A stretch of DNA of 63,964 nucleotides, the filler included, from Acidimicrobiia bacterium (GTDB taxonomy: Bacteria; Actinomycetota; Acidimicrobiia; Spongiisociales; CAZKJJ01), in assembly GCA_046759765.1 (NCBI GenBank). It is 3 parts of 3 records of this genome, joined end to end, with 100 filler letters (N's around TTAATTAATTAA, not from the genome) between each part and the next. Parts side by side here need not be neighbours in the genome. Positions count along the whole stretch, not along the records: positions 1 to 27,039 come from JBHICV010000018.1; 2 more parts are not named here. One strand, given 5' to 3'. A program made the translations under genes and the position numbers. Shown piece after piece: positions 10,047 to 18,858 of this stretch. The stretch's first letter is position 1. Each line of letters starts with the position of its first letter. The notes under the pieces were generated by a model that saw only the letters and a list, made by a program, of their open reading frames with translations, had not been told where the DNA came from and did not search any database.

Positions 10047-10874
10047 ATGGCTTCGGCTGATCCCATGCTCCCGCGGACCTTTCGAGTCACGAACCGCCGT
10101 CAGGAGACACCTGAAGTCGTGACTCTGACTTTCGAGCCGGCCGACCACGGTTCGGCGCTAGGAGGCGACCCTGGTCAGTTCACAATGGTCTACGTGTTCG
10201 GGATCGGCGAGGTGCCGCTCTCTGTGGCAGGGGTCGAGAACGGCCGCCTGATTCATACTGTGCGGCCGGCGGGCGCCGTGACCAAGGCGATCTGTGCGCT
10301 GGAACCGGGAGAGCTGGCCGGGGTCCGGGGCCCGTACGGGGCCGGCTGGCCCCTCGCCGAAGCAACCGGGCACGATGTCGTAATCGCTGCCGGGGGGTTG
10401 GGTCTAGCTCCGCTCCGTCCGGTGATGACGGCTCTGCTCGAAAACCGGACCGACTTTGAGTACGTATCCCTCGTCTATGGGGTGCGATCTCCGTCGGATC
10501 TCCTGTACGCCGATGAGCTCCATCAGTGGCGCTCCCGCTTCGATGCTGAGATTGAGGTGACCGTTGACCGATCCGAGGCCGGTTGGCTCGGCGATGTCGG
10601 AGTCGTTACGACGCTGCTGGGACGAATCCCGTTCGACCCGGCGAACACAACGGCGATGGTTTGCGGTCCTGAGATCATGATGCGAGTCACTGCACGTGAG
10701 CTTGCTGATCGGGGCGTGCCTGGGTCATCGATTCATTTGAGTCTCGAACGCAACATGAAGTGCGCGATCGGCTTCTGCGGCCACTGTCAGTTCGGGCCCG
10801 ACTTCATTTGTCGGGATGGCCCTGTGCGCCCCTTCGACTTGGTGGCCAACCGGATGCGGATTGCTGAGCTATGA
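10047..10874 (+). CDS. hyhG: Group 3b hydrogenase gamma subunit (FAD/NAD(P)-binding, 2Fe-2S)
   Basis: [41 protein letters not shown]. Confidence 0.92.
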   Translation: MASADPMLPRTFRVTNRRQETPEVVTLTFEPADHGSALGGDPGQFTMVYVFGIGEVPLSVAGVENGRLIHTVRPAGAVTKAICALEPGELAGVRGPYGAGWPLAEATGHDVVIAAGGLGLAPLRPVMTALLENRTDFEYVSLVYGVRSPSDLLYADELHQWRSRFDAEIEVTVDRSEAGWLGDVGVVTTLLGRIPFDPANTTAMVCGPEIMMRVTARELADRGVPGSSIHLSLERNMKCAIGFCGHCQFGPDFICRDGPVRPFDLVANRMRIAEL

Positions 10875-11635
10875 GCAACCCCAAGCTGGCCGTTTGGAAG
10901 TTCGCCTCCTGTGACGGGTGCCAGCTGACATTGCTCGATTGCGAGGATCAGCTCCTCGACATAGTCGGTGCGGTCGAGCTTGCCTACTTCCCCGAAGCCA
11001 CCCGGTCCGAGATCGAGGGACCGTATGACCTGTCGCTTGTGGAAGGCTCTATCACCACCGCCGACGATGCTCGCCGGATAGTTGAGATCAGAGAGATGTC
11101 GGAAGTGTTGGTCACGATCGGAGCGTGCGCCACGGCGGGCGGGATCCAGGCCCTTCGGAACTTCGCCAACGTTGATGACTACCTCCGGATCGTTTACGCC
11201 GAACCCTCCTACATCTCAACGCTCGAGACCTCGACCCCGATCACGGACCACGTAGCGGTGGATTTCGAGCTGCAAGGCTGCCCGATATCCAAGCCGCAGC
11301 TTCTTGAGGTCATTGATGCCTATCTCCGGGGCAGACGGCCTGCGATTGCGACACACAGCGTCTGCGTCGAATGCAAGATGCGGGGCACCCCTTGCGTGAT
11401 GGTGGCGCAGGGCATCCCGTGCCTGGGACCGGTGACGCAGGCCGGATGCGGTGCAATCTGTCCTGCCTACAACCGCGGGTGCTATGGATGCTTCGGCCCC
11501 GCCGCTCAGCCCAACATGGAGTCTCTCTCCAGCTGGTGGGGAGGTCTCGGAGTTACGCCCGCCGAGGAAGTTCGGGTGCTGCGCACGTTTAACGCCTACG
11601 CCCCCGAGTTCAAAGAGGCATCAGATGGCCGCTGA
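10871..11635 (+). CDS. hyhS: Group 3b hydrogenase small (delta) subunit
   Basis: [40 protein letters not shown]. Confidence 0.92.
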   Translation: MSNPKLAVWKFASCDGCQLTLLDCEDQLLDIVGAVELAYFPEATRSEIEGPYDLSLVEGSITTADDARRIVEIREMSEVLVTIGACATAGGIQALRNFANVDDYLRIVYAEPSYISTLETSTPITDHVAVDFELQGCPISKPQLLEVIDAYLRGRRPAIATHSVCVECKMRGTPCVMVAQGIPCLGPVTQAGCGAICPAYNRGCYGCFGPAAQPNMESLSSWWGGLGVTPAEEVRVLRTFNAYAPEFKEASDGR

Positions 11636-12923
11636 CCGGGAGATTGCGGTCGACTATCTGGCCAGGGTCGAGGGTGAAGGCGCCATGTACTTGAAGCTCG
11701 AAGGCGAGGAGGTGGTTGATCTTCGCTTCAAGATCTTCGAGCCTCCGCGATTCTTCGAGGCACTGCTCGCAGGACGCCACTTCTCCGAAGCCCCCGATCT
11801 GACGGCGCGCATCTGCGGCATCTGCCCAGTCGCTTATCAGGTCAGCGCCGTCAACGCGATGGAGGATGCGGCTGGTGTCGATGTCGGCCCAGCCCTCAGA
11901 GACCTCCGCCGTTTGATCTATTGCGGGGAGTGGATCGAGAGCCACGTCCTTCACATCTTTCTCCTCCACACGCCCGACTTTCTTGGCTACGAGGGGGTGG
12001 CGGAACTAGCCGCCGACTTTCCGGAGCAGGTAAAGATGGGCCTCCGTCTCAAGAAGGTCGGCAACCTTCTCATGAGCGTTATCGGGGGACGAGAGATCCA
12101 CCCGATCAATGTCCGTGTGGGTGGCTTCTACCGGCTGCCGACTCCAAAGGAACTACAGACCCTTGTCAGTGAGCTGGAGTGGGCCCGCGACGCAGCCGAG
12201 GCCACGGTCCGATGGGTTGCCGATTTTCCGTTCCCAGATTTTGAACGCGACTACACGTTCGTCGCGCTCCGGCACCCCGACGAGTATGCGATTGCCTCGG
12301 GACGGGTGGTCTCCAACCGGGGTCTCGACGTGTCCGTCCAGGAATGGCCCGAGCACTTCGAGGAGACCCATGTTGAGTGGTCCAATGCGCTCCATGCTCG
12401 GCTTCACGACGGCGGCTCGTATCACGTCGGAGCTATGGCCCGCTACAGCCTCAACTCGGAGCAGTTGAGTCCCCTCGCACTGCGTGTGGCGGCCGAGGCG
12501 GGCCTCGGAGAAACATGCCGGAATCCGTTTCAGAGCATCGTCGTCAGAGCGGTCGAGGCTCTCTACTCGGTCGAGGAGGCCCTCCGCCTCATTGACGGCT
12601 ACACGCGCCCGCCGGAGCCCTACGTCGAAGTGGAGCCGCGCTCGTCGGTCGGCCACGGGGCCAGCGAGGCGCCCCGAGGTCTTCTTTACCACCGATATGA
12701 CGTCGACTCCGATGGACTGATCGTAGAGGCACACATCGTTCCACCTACCTCCCAAAATCAGCTCTCGATAGAGGACGACCTGCGGGCCTATGTTGAAGGA
12801 AGAACGCACCTCGACGACACCCAGCTGCGGTGGCAGCTGGAGCAGGCCATTCGCAACTACGACCCCTGCATCTCATGTGCCACACACTTCCTCGACCTCA
12901 CTGTCGACCGGGAGGAGGCCTGA
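11625..12923 (+). CDS. hyhL: Group 3b [NiFe]-hydrogenase large (alpha) subunit
   Basis: RVEGEG, L1 [16 protein letters not shown]2 DPCISCATH plus a cleavable C-terminal tail. Confidence 0.95.
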   Translation: MAADREIAVDYLARVEGEGAMYLKLEGEEVVDLRFKIFEPPRFFEALLAGRHFSEAPDLTARICGICPVAYQVSAVNAMEDAAGVDVGPALRDLRRLIYCGEWIESHVLHIFLLHTPDFLGYEGVAELAADFPEQVKMGLRLKKVGNLLMSVIGGREIHPINVRVGGFYRLPTPKELQTLVSELEWARDAAEATVRWVADFPFPDFERDYTFVALRHPDEYAIASGRVVSNRGLDVSVQEWPEHFEETHVEWSNALHARLHDGGSYHVGAMARYSLNSEQLSPLALRVAAEAGLGETCRNPFQSIVVRAVEALYSVEEALRLIDGYTRPPEPYVEVEPRSSVGHGASEAPRGLLYHRYDVDSDGLIVEAHIVPPTSQNQLSIEDDLRAYVEGRTHLDDTQLRWQLEQAIRNYDPCISCATHFLDLTVDREEA

Positions 12924-13342
12924 TGGCTCGCCTCGTCGTAGGGCTCGGGACCGATGATCGGGGCGACGATGCTGCCGGCCTGGAGGTCGCTCGAAGAGTG
13001 CGAAAGGCTGAGGGCAGACCAACGCCGAACCCACTTGAACTCATCGATCTTCTTGAGGAGTGGGAAGAGGTGGTGGTTGTCGATACGATGCGGTCCGGTG
13101 AGGCTCCGGGCACTATCCGCAAGTTCAATCTTGACGACGAGTCATTGCCCGGCCACCCGTTCGTATCGAGTCACTTGGTAGGCCCGTTCGAGGCGCTGGC
13201 CCTGGCCCGCTCTCTGGGCCTCTCACAATCTGGCCTGGTGGTCTACGGAATTGAAGCCGAGAACGTCGAGGTTGGAGAGGGTTTATCGGCCCCGGTCCGT
13301 GAGGCGGTTGAGGCGCTGGTGAAGGAGATTGACAGTGCATGA
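12923..13342 (+). CDS. Hydrogenase maturation protease
   Basis: VVGLG..RGDDAAG, VVVD, SSH; TGATG coupling to the large subunit. Confidence 0.88.
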   Translation: MARLVVGLGTDDRGDDAAGLEVARRVRKAEGRPTPNPLELIDLLEEWEEVVVVDTMRSGEAPGTIRKFNLDDESLPGHPFVSSHLVGPFEALALARSLGLSQSGLVVYGIEAENVEVGEGLSAPVREAVEALVKEIDSA

Positions 13343-13559
13343 GCTCGGCGTGGTGCGGGACGTGCTGAAGAGGGCCAGTGAGAGTGCGACCATCGAAGGC
13401 GGTCAGCTCGTGTCCCTTCGTGTACGGATCGGCAACCTGTCGGGCGTCGATCCGGGCTTCTTCCGTGACCAGTTGTCTCTGCTGGCTCCTGATGTGGACC
13501 TGGCGATCGAGCCGGCAGACGATCAGCGCGTGAGTCTGGTGTCCGTGAAGGTGCGGTAG
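13335..13559 (+). CDS. hypA: Minimal HypA-like nickel chaperone (no Zn finger)
   Basis: GTG start after AAGGAG gives MHELG; VRIGNLSGVDP; 74 aa, no Cys. Confidence 0.75.
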   Translation: MHELGVVRDVLKRASESATIEGGQLVSLRVRIGNLSGVDPGFFRDQLSLLAPDVDLAIEPADDQRVSLVSVKVR

Positions 13560-13561
13560 CC

Positions 13562-13780
13562 ATGTGCGTAGCGCTCCCAGGCAGGGTGACATGGGTTGGA
13601 CCCCGAAGCGAGAGCACAATCCCGGCCCGGGTGGAGCTACCCACCGGAGTGGTCGAAGTCGATCTGGTGTTGGTTCCAGACGCTGAGATCGATGACTACG
13701 TCGTGGCGCATTCCGGGTTCGCGTTGCGCCTCATCTCGCAAGACGAGGCGGAGAGAACCCTTGAGCTAGCTGGATTCTGA
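13562..13780 (+). CDS. hypC: HypC/HupF hydrogenase chaperone
   Basis: MCVALPGRV..DYVVAHSGFA..EAERTL. Confidence 0.92.
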   Translation: MCVALPGRVTWVGPRSESTIPARVELPTGVVEVDLVLVPDAEIDDYVVAHSGFALRLISQDEAERTLELAGF

Positions 13781-13784
13781 CGGC

Positions 13785-13828
13785 ACTGACTTTCGGCCCT
13801 GGCCGGCCTCTCCATCGACGAGTATCAA
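13785..13828 (+). promoter_or_regulatory. DosR/OsdR-like box + -10 upstream of candidate ncRNA
   Basis: ACTGACTTTCGGCCCT (11/16), 22 nt, TATCAA. Confidence 0.5.
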
Positions 13829-13833
13829 GTAGG

Positions 13834-13927
13834 CGAGGCGCATAGCAACCGGCCGCGTCCTGTTGCGCAGCAGGTGACCCTCCAATGCTGAGCCATCGCG
13901 ACGGGCCTGCGGCCGGGCGCCGTCTCG
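13834..13927 (+). ncRNA. Candidate rod-shaped small RNA (unassigned family)
   Basis: Nested helices GGCGC/GCGCC, CCGGCCGC/GCGGCCGG, GTCC-GTTGCG/CGCGAC-GGGC, CAGCA/TGCTG; G-U pairs only on + strand; no credible ORF. Confidence 0.55.
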
Positions 13928-13933
13928 GGAGAG

Positions 13934-13982
13934 ATTCGTGTCAATGCCCGCGTCGGAAAGCGACGTGTCGATTGACAGGAAC
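13934..13982. repeat. 49-bp REP-like element, subfamily B
   Basis: ATTCGTGTCAAT..ATTGACAGGAAC; close inverted match to the copy at 43081. Confidence 0.9.
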
Positions 13983-13988
13983 GGTGCC

Positions 13989-14918
13989 CTACGCAGCCAG
14001 GTCGTCGTCGCCGATCTCGGCGGCGATGGTGGTAAGAGCTTCTTGCGCGAGCTGCCTTACACGCTCGGGCGTTAGCCCGACGCGCTCTCCGACCTCGGCC
14101 AGAGTCCAAGGACGCCCGTCCTCGAGGCCGAATCGGAGCTTGACGATCTCGGCTTCCTTATCGGACAGACGCGCGATCGCGTCATGGAGCGCACGCCCCT
14201 GTAGCGCTCGGTCCGTGGCCTCGAACGGGTCCTCAGCACCCTCATCGTGGATGAAGTCGGCCAGCTCCGCGCCGTCCTCACCGACGGGCTCGTCGATCGA
14301 GACGATGCTGCCGACGCCCAGCGCCTGCGACACGGCCTTGGTCTCGAGCCCGGTCTCGGCGGCGATCTCTTCTGCCGTGGGCTCTCGGCCGAGCTGGGAG
14401 GCGAGATTTGCTCGGGTAGCGCGGACCACTCCCAGAATGTCGTGGAGGTGGACGGGCAGCCGAATGGTGCGTGAATGCTGCGCCACCGCCCGCTGCAGTG
14501 CCTGGCGAATCCACCACGTTGCATACGTGGAGAACTTGAAACCCTTGCGCCAGTCGAACTTCTCGACTGCGCGGATCAGCCCGAGGTTCCCTTCCTGGAC
14601 GAGGTCGAGGAGATCCATGTCCGAGTGGCCGACATACCGGCGCGCATTCGCGACGACGAGGCGAAGATTGGCAGCCACGAAGGCCTGCTTGGCCACCTCA
14701 CCTTCGGAGGCCGCCTGCTCCAACTCTCTCTTCTCTGCCTTGGACTTGAAGTCCGAGGCGTCCAACCGCTTCTGTGCCGCCAGTCCGTCTTCCATGTGGC
14801 GCGCCAAAGCGATCTCCTGCTCGGCGGTCAGGAGCTCGTATCGACCGATCGCGTCGAGATACTGGCCGACGGAGTCGGTCAGTACGCGCACGTCGGACTC
14901 CGGGCGTCTTCCAGTCAT
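13989..14918 (-). CDS. Group 2 sigma-70 factor (SigB/HrdD-like)
   Basis: [56 protein letters not shown]; no region 1.1; GGAGG RBS. Confidence 0.93.
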   Translation of the reverse strand: MTGRRPESDVRVLTDSVGQYLDAIGRYELLTAEQEIALARHMEDGLAAQKRLDASDFKSKAEKRELEQAASEGEVAKQAFVAANLRLVVANARRYVGHSDMDLLDLVQEGNLGLIRAVEKFDWRKGFKFSTYATWWIRQALQRAVAQHSRTIRLPVHLHDILGVVRATRANLASQLGREPTAEEIAAETGLETKAVSQALGVGSIVSIDEPVGEDGAELADFIHDEGAEDPFEATDRALQGRALHDAIARLSDKEAEIVKLRFGLEDGRPWTLAEVGERVGLTPERVRQLAQEALTTIAAEIGDDDLAA

Positions 14919-14936
14919 GCCGCTACCTCCAGTATG

Positions 14937-14952
14937 TCGAACAAACGTTCGG
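14937..14952. promoter_or_regulatory. LexA (SOS/Cheo) box
   Basis: TCGAAC-AAAC-GTTCGG, fits CGAAC-RNRY-GTTCG. Confidence 0.6.
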
Positions 14953-14965
14953 TGGCAAGTATTCC
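14940..14965 (-). promoter_or_regulatory. SigH/SigE/SigR-type promoter of the sigma gene
   Basis: GGAAT-N18-GTT on the minus strand. Confidence 0.7.
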
Positions 14966-14972
14966 CAGAAGT

Positions 14973-15016
14973 TGGGACGTTCTGCCCTGGCTCCACACAG
15001 GGAGCAAGCATACGTT
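14973..15016 (+). promoter_or_regulatory. DosR/OsdR-like box + -10 of hsp20
   Basis: TGGGACGTTCTGCCCT (12/16), 22 nt, TACGTT. Confidence 0.65.
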
Positions 15017-15035
15017 GGGCGCGAAAGGGGGTGTT

Positions 15036-15482
15036 ATGGCGATTGCACGCTGGACACCTTTCGGCACCCTCGCCGCGTGGGAACACGACATGGAATCCAT
15101 GCTGGACCGCTTCCTCGGTAGGGATTGGTTCAACGGCGAGCGGCTCGGGTGGAGGCCACGGGTAGACATGTTCCGCCAGAAGGGCGACCTCATCATCCGT
15201 GTGGAGCTACCGGGAATCGATCCCAACGAGCTCGACATCCAGATGGAAGGCGAGGTTCTCCACATTGCAGGTGAGCGCACCTTCGACGAAGAGGTCACTG
15301 AAGAGGACCGCTATATGAGGGAGCGCTTCTATGGCCGCTTCGAGCGCCGCCTGATGCTTCCCGAAGGCACTGACGCCGATCAGCTGGAGGCCACTTATAC
15401 AGACGGCGTCCTCACCATGAAGGTTCCGCTTCCGGCGGAGGTGCTTCCCAAGGCTCGCAAGATCGCGGTCCACACGGACTGA
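15036..15482 (+). CDS. Hsp20/alpha-crystallin small heat-shock protein
   Basis: [34 protein letters not shown]. Confidence 0.95.
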   Translation: MAIARWTPFGTLAAWEHDMESMLDRFLGRDWFNGERLGWRPRVDMFRQKGDLIIRVELPGIDPNELDIQMEGEVLHIAGERTFDEEVTEEDRYMRERFYGRFERRLMLPEGTDADQLEATYTDGVLTMKVPLPAEVLPKARKIAVHTD

Positions 15483-15499
15483 TCTGCGAGATGCACGGG

Positions 15500-15533
15500 C
15501 GAAGGGGGCGGGGGGTCGACCCCGCTCCCTTCG
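15500..15533 (+). terminator. Hairpin terminator after hsp20
   Basis: CGAAGGG-GGCGGGG..CCCCGCT-CCCTTCG. Confidence 0.65.
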
Positions 15534-15686
15534 AGCTCGAGACGCGGCTGGCTCTGATTAGGTTGCCTCGTGTCCGGAGAGACCCGGCAAAAGATGCCGA
15601 TGCAGTTCCTTTTCTCCTTGCCCACTGGACGCAGCCATAGGAGCATGTCCGGCGGGGGAGGAGGGGATCTGATCGGGGAGGCAGCC

Positions 15687-17030
15687 ATGACCAGCGAGGA
15701 TCTGAACCTGCTGCACGCGGTCCGGGTGCAATTCGAGCGAGCCGCACCGTTCGCAGGCGACCTCAATGGTTGGCGGGGCATATCGGAGTGGCTCTTCCGA
15801 CCCGAGCAGACAGTCAAAGTGGAGCTACCGGTCGTACTGGATGACGGCTACGTCCACATGTTCACCGGCTATCGGGTGCTGCACTCGACGCTGCTGGGTC
15901 CGGGAAAAGGAGGGATTCGTTTCCATCCTTTGGTTGATGAGGATGAAGTCCAGGCGCTCGCCGCATTGATGACGTGGAAGTGCGCTCTGGTCGACATTCC
16001 GTTTGGAGGCGCCAAAGGCGGCGTGCAATGCGATCCGACGAGCCTGACGCTGTCGGAGAAGCGGAGGCTGACCCGGAGGTTCATCGCCGCCCTGGGGGAC
16101 AACATCGGGCCTCACACCGACATCCCCGCTCCAGATCTCTATACCGACGAAGGAATCATGGCGATCGTCTATGACACGTACGCCATGCTCCACCCGGGCG
16201 AGAACAACCTGCCCGCGGTCACGGGCAAGCCCGTGAACTTAGGCGGCTCGTATGGCCGGGCCGCAGCCACCTCCCAAGGCCTTGTATACGCCACCGAGCA
16301 CCTGCTTGGCGTTGGAGGTGTCCCGGGCATGACCAGCCTCCAAGACGTGGAGGTAGCGATACAAGGCTTCGGTAACGTCGGCGGCAACTCCGCCCGATTG
16401 CTGCACGATGCGGGCGCGTCCGTGGTGGCGGTCAGCGACAGCTCTGGTGGGATCTACGACCCCGACGGTCTCGACATTTCCCAGGTCGCTTCCCACAAGG
16501 AAAAGACGGGAAGCGTGACCGAGTTTCCGGATTCCAAGCCGCTGGCGCCGAGGGAGATCTTCGAGGTGCCCTGTGACATCCTCGTCCCGTCTGCGATCGA
16601 GGGTCAGCTCACGTCAGGAAACGCCCATCTCGTCCAAGCCAAGCTGGTGGTGGAGGGGGCTAATGGACCAACAACACCCGAGGCAGATCTCATTCTCGGC
16701 GAGCGGAAGGTCGCGGTTTTGCCCGATCTGCTCGCCAACGCCGGCGGAGTCATCGTCAGCTTCTTCGAGTGGGTTCAGAATCTCGATAACCAGCGCTGGG
16801 AGGACCGACAGGTCGACGAGCAGCTGCGTGACAGGATCCACTCGGCCGTTGATCACATCGTCACGCGCAAGGCTGCACTGATCGAGGGGCTCGATGGCTA
16901 TCGGGCAAGGTGGAGAGACGCCGTGCCTGACGCTCAGGAGTTGCCCGCGCCCGACTTCCGGACGGCTGCCTATTCGATTGCACTGGAGCGACTACGGCTG
17001 GCGATCGATCAGCGAGGCGTCTGGCCCTAG
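15687..17030 (+). CDS. gdhA: Glutamate dehydrogenase (Glu/Leu/Phe/Val family)
   Basis: GPGKGGIRF, GGAKGG, DIPAPD, TGKP, QGFGNVG, EGANGP, NAGGV. Confidence 0.92.
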   Translation: MTSEDLNLLHAVRVQFERAAPFAGDLNGWRGISEWLFRPEQTVKVELPVVLDDGYVHMFTGYRVLHSTLLGPGKGGIRFHPLVDEDEVQALAALMTWKCALVDIPFGGAKGGVQCDPTSLTLSEKRRLTRRFIAALGDNIGPHTDIPAPDLYTDEGIMAIVYDTYAMLHPGENNLPAVTGKPVNLGGSYGRAAATSQGLVYATEHLLGVGGVPGMTSLQDVEVAIQGFGNVGGNSARLLHDAGASVVAVSDSSGGIYDPDGLDISQVASHKEKTGSVTEFPDSKPLAPREIFEVPCDILVPSAIEGQLTSGNAHLVQAKLVVEGANGPTTPEADLILGERKVAVLPDLLANAGGVIVSFFEWVQNLDNQRWEDRQVDEQLRDRIHSAVDHIVTRKAALIEGLDGYRARWRDAVPDAQELPAPDFRTAAYSIALERLRLAIDQRGVWP

Positions 17031-17042
17031 ACGCGAGAGCAG

Positions 17043-17660
17043 CTACGGCTGAAGGTATCTGACGAACCAATTCGTGGCGAGCTCGGCCACCTCGTCGAGT
17101 GTTCCGGGCTCTTCGAAAAGATGGCCGGCCCCGGCGACTATCTCGAGCTCGACCTCGGCGGTCATTTCCTCCATAGCCATCTTGTTGAGGTTGATCACCT
17201 GCAGGTCGCGGCTTCCGACGATGAGGAGCGTCGGCGCCGTCACCTTGGAGAGATGCTCTCCCGCCAGGTCGGGTCGCCCGCCCCGGGAAACCACTGCGGC
17301 CACGTCGGCGGCATCTGCTGCCGCAACTAAAGCGGCGGCGGCGCCGGTGCTGGCGCCGAAATAACCGACCGGTCCTACCAGCTTGTCGCCGAGCCAGTCG
17401 GTTGCCTCCCGAAGGCGTTGAGCTAGGAGAACAATGTCGAAGACGTTGCGTCGATCCTGCGCTTCGGCGGGGGTGAGCAGATCGAACAGAAGAGTTCCGA
17501 GTCCGGCTTCTGACAACACATCTGCGACGGCCTGGTTGCGTGGGCTCAGCCGGCTACTTCCACTTCCGTGCGCGAACACCACCGCACCAAGGGGGTTGTC
17601 GGGAAGGGTGACCAGACCGGCTAATTCGGTGTCAGGCGTCTCAATAATCACCTCTTCCAT
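17043..17660 (-). CDS. Dienelactone-hydrolase-like alpha/beta hydrolase
   Basis: FAHGSGSSRLSPRN, GYFGASTG, SRGGRPD, HLFEEPG. Confidence 0.9.
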   Translation of the reverse strand: MEEVIIETPDTELAGLVTLPDNPLGAVVFAHGSGSSRLSPRNQAVADVLSEAGLGTLLFDLLTPAEAQDRRNVFDIVLLAQRLREATDWLGDKLVGPVGYFGASTGAAAALVAAADAADVAAVVSRGGRPDLAGEHLSKVTAPTLLIVGSRDLQVINLNKMAMEEMTAEVELEIVAGAGHLFEEPGTLDEVAELATNWFVRYLQP

Positions 17661-17753
17661 TCCCATGATCCAAGCAGGATCAGTGCCGCCGAGTGCGGCT
17701 AACCACGGGATGACTGCGCGCGGCACCTCTACGATGCCGCGAGGAGGAGCGAG

Positions 17754-18716
17754 ATGAGGCTGGCGCTGGCGGGTGACACGATGCTCGGTCGAGGAGTGGC
17801 CGAAGCGATCGAAGCGAAGGGTCCGACGAGCCTCTTCGCACCCGGGATAAGGGATCTCCTCTCCGATGCCGACCTGGTGGTTCTGAATCTGGAGTGTTGC
17901 ATCTCGAATCGCGGCGAGCGATGGCCGGACCCCCGCAAGCCGTTCTTTTTCCGGGCTCCCCTGACTGCCGCCGAGACACTCCTCGATCTTGGTGTCGATT
18001 GCGTCACGCTCGCCAACAACCACGCCCTGGACTTCGGCGTGGAAGCCCTGGCTGACACTCTGGAGGTTCTCTCTGACGCCGGGATCGCGACAACAGGTGC
18101 CGGTCGAAACGTGGAAGAAGCACGGCGGCCGGCGATTCTCGACGGCAACGGCCGACGGCTGTGCTTCGTCGGTGTGACCGACCATCCGGCAGACTTCGCC
18201 GCTGGGTCTCGGCCCGGTGTCGCGTTCGCCGACCTACAGGGTGGCCAGACCCCGACCTGGCTGACCGATCTCATCTCGGATCTGGCCGAGGACTGTGACG
18301 ATGTGATCGTCACCCCCCACTGGGGTCCCAACATGACGACTACGCCTCGCAGTCACGTACGAGCGGCGGCGCGATCCTTCCTAGAAGCGGGGGCGACACT
18401 GATTGCGGGACATTCCGCCCATGTCTTTCATGGGATTGATTGGCCGGTGCTATACGACCTTGGGGACTTCGTGGACGACTACGCCGTCGATCCGCAGCTC
18501 AGAAACGACCTGGGCCTGCTTTGGCTGGTGGATTTCGATGCGTCTGGACCGAAGAGAGTCGAGGTTGTTCCTCTGGCCCTCGACTTCTGCTTCACGAGAC
18601 TCGCCAATGATGATGAGTCGGCATGGATCGCCACCCGGTTCCGCCGCGCCTGCGCGGAATTCGATACAGAAGTCCACGAGACCTCGACCGGGAGCCTCGT
18701 GACCGGGCCCATTTGA
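17754..18716 (+). CDS. CapA family metallophosphoesterase
   Basis: GDTMLGR, NLE, LANNHALD, HWG, GHSAH, YDLGDF. Confidence 0.92.
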   Translation: MRLALAGDTMLGRGVAEAIEAKGPTSLFAPGIRDLLSDADLVVLNLECCISNRGERWPDPRKPFFFRAPLTAAETLLDLGVDCVTLANNHALDFGVEALADTLEVLSDAGIATTGAGRNVEEARRPAILDGNGRRLCFVGVTDHPADFAAGSRPGVAFADLQGGQTPTWLTDLISDLAEDCDDVIVTPHWGPNMTTTPRSHVRAAARSFLEAGATLIAGHSAHVFHGIDWPVLYDLGDFVDDYAVDPQLRNDLGLLWLVDFDASGPKRVEVVPLALDFCFTRLANDDESAWIATRFRRACAEFDTEVHETSTGSLVTGPI

Positions 18717-18722
18717 TGATCC

Positions 18723-18766
18723 AGGGGCTTATCACCCTGGCAGCGAGCCTCAACAGATGGCAGAGT
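18723..18766 (+). promoter_or_regulatory. Weaker DosR-like box + -10 upstream of the baeRF gene
   Basis: AGGGGCTTATCACCCT (palindromic ends, 9/16), 22 nt, CAGAGT. Confidence 0.4.
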
Positions 18767-18858
18767 AGGGACGGAGGTGCAAGCGAGACGTCGCCGACTG
18801 CAGTCGTTCTGTCCTCACCTTTCGTGTCCTTCGTCGCCTTCCGCCCCACGGAGATGAT

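Noticed and set aside
12860..12890. Possible [NiFeSe] hydrogenase
   Set aside because: L2 motif is DPCISC with TGC/TGT codons; no in-frame TGA.
13834..13927. SRP 4.5S RNA, tRNA or 6S/Ms1 identity for the hairpin
   Set aside because: No SRP domain IV motif on either strand, no cloverleaf, too short for 6S/Ms1.
13825..15165. Track ORFs 13825-14109(-) and 13885-15165(+) over the candidate RNA
   Set aside because: Shadow frames of the sigma gene with Arg/Ser-rich composition, no motifs, crossing a repeat.
17692..17707. Box at the 22-nt position before the capA -10
   Set aside because: Only about half the positions match; not counted.
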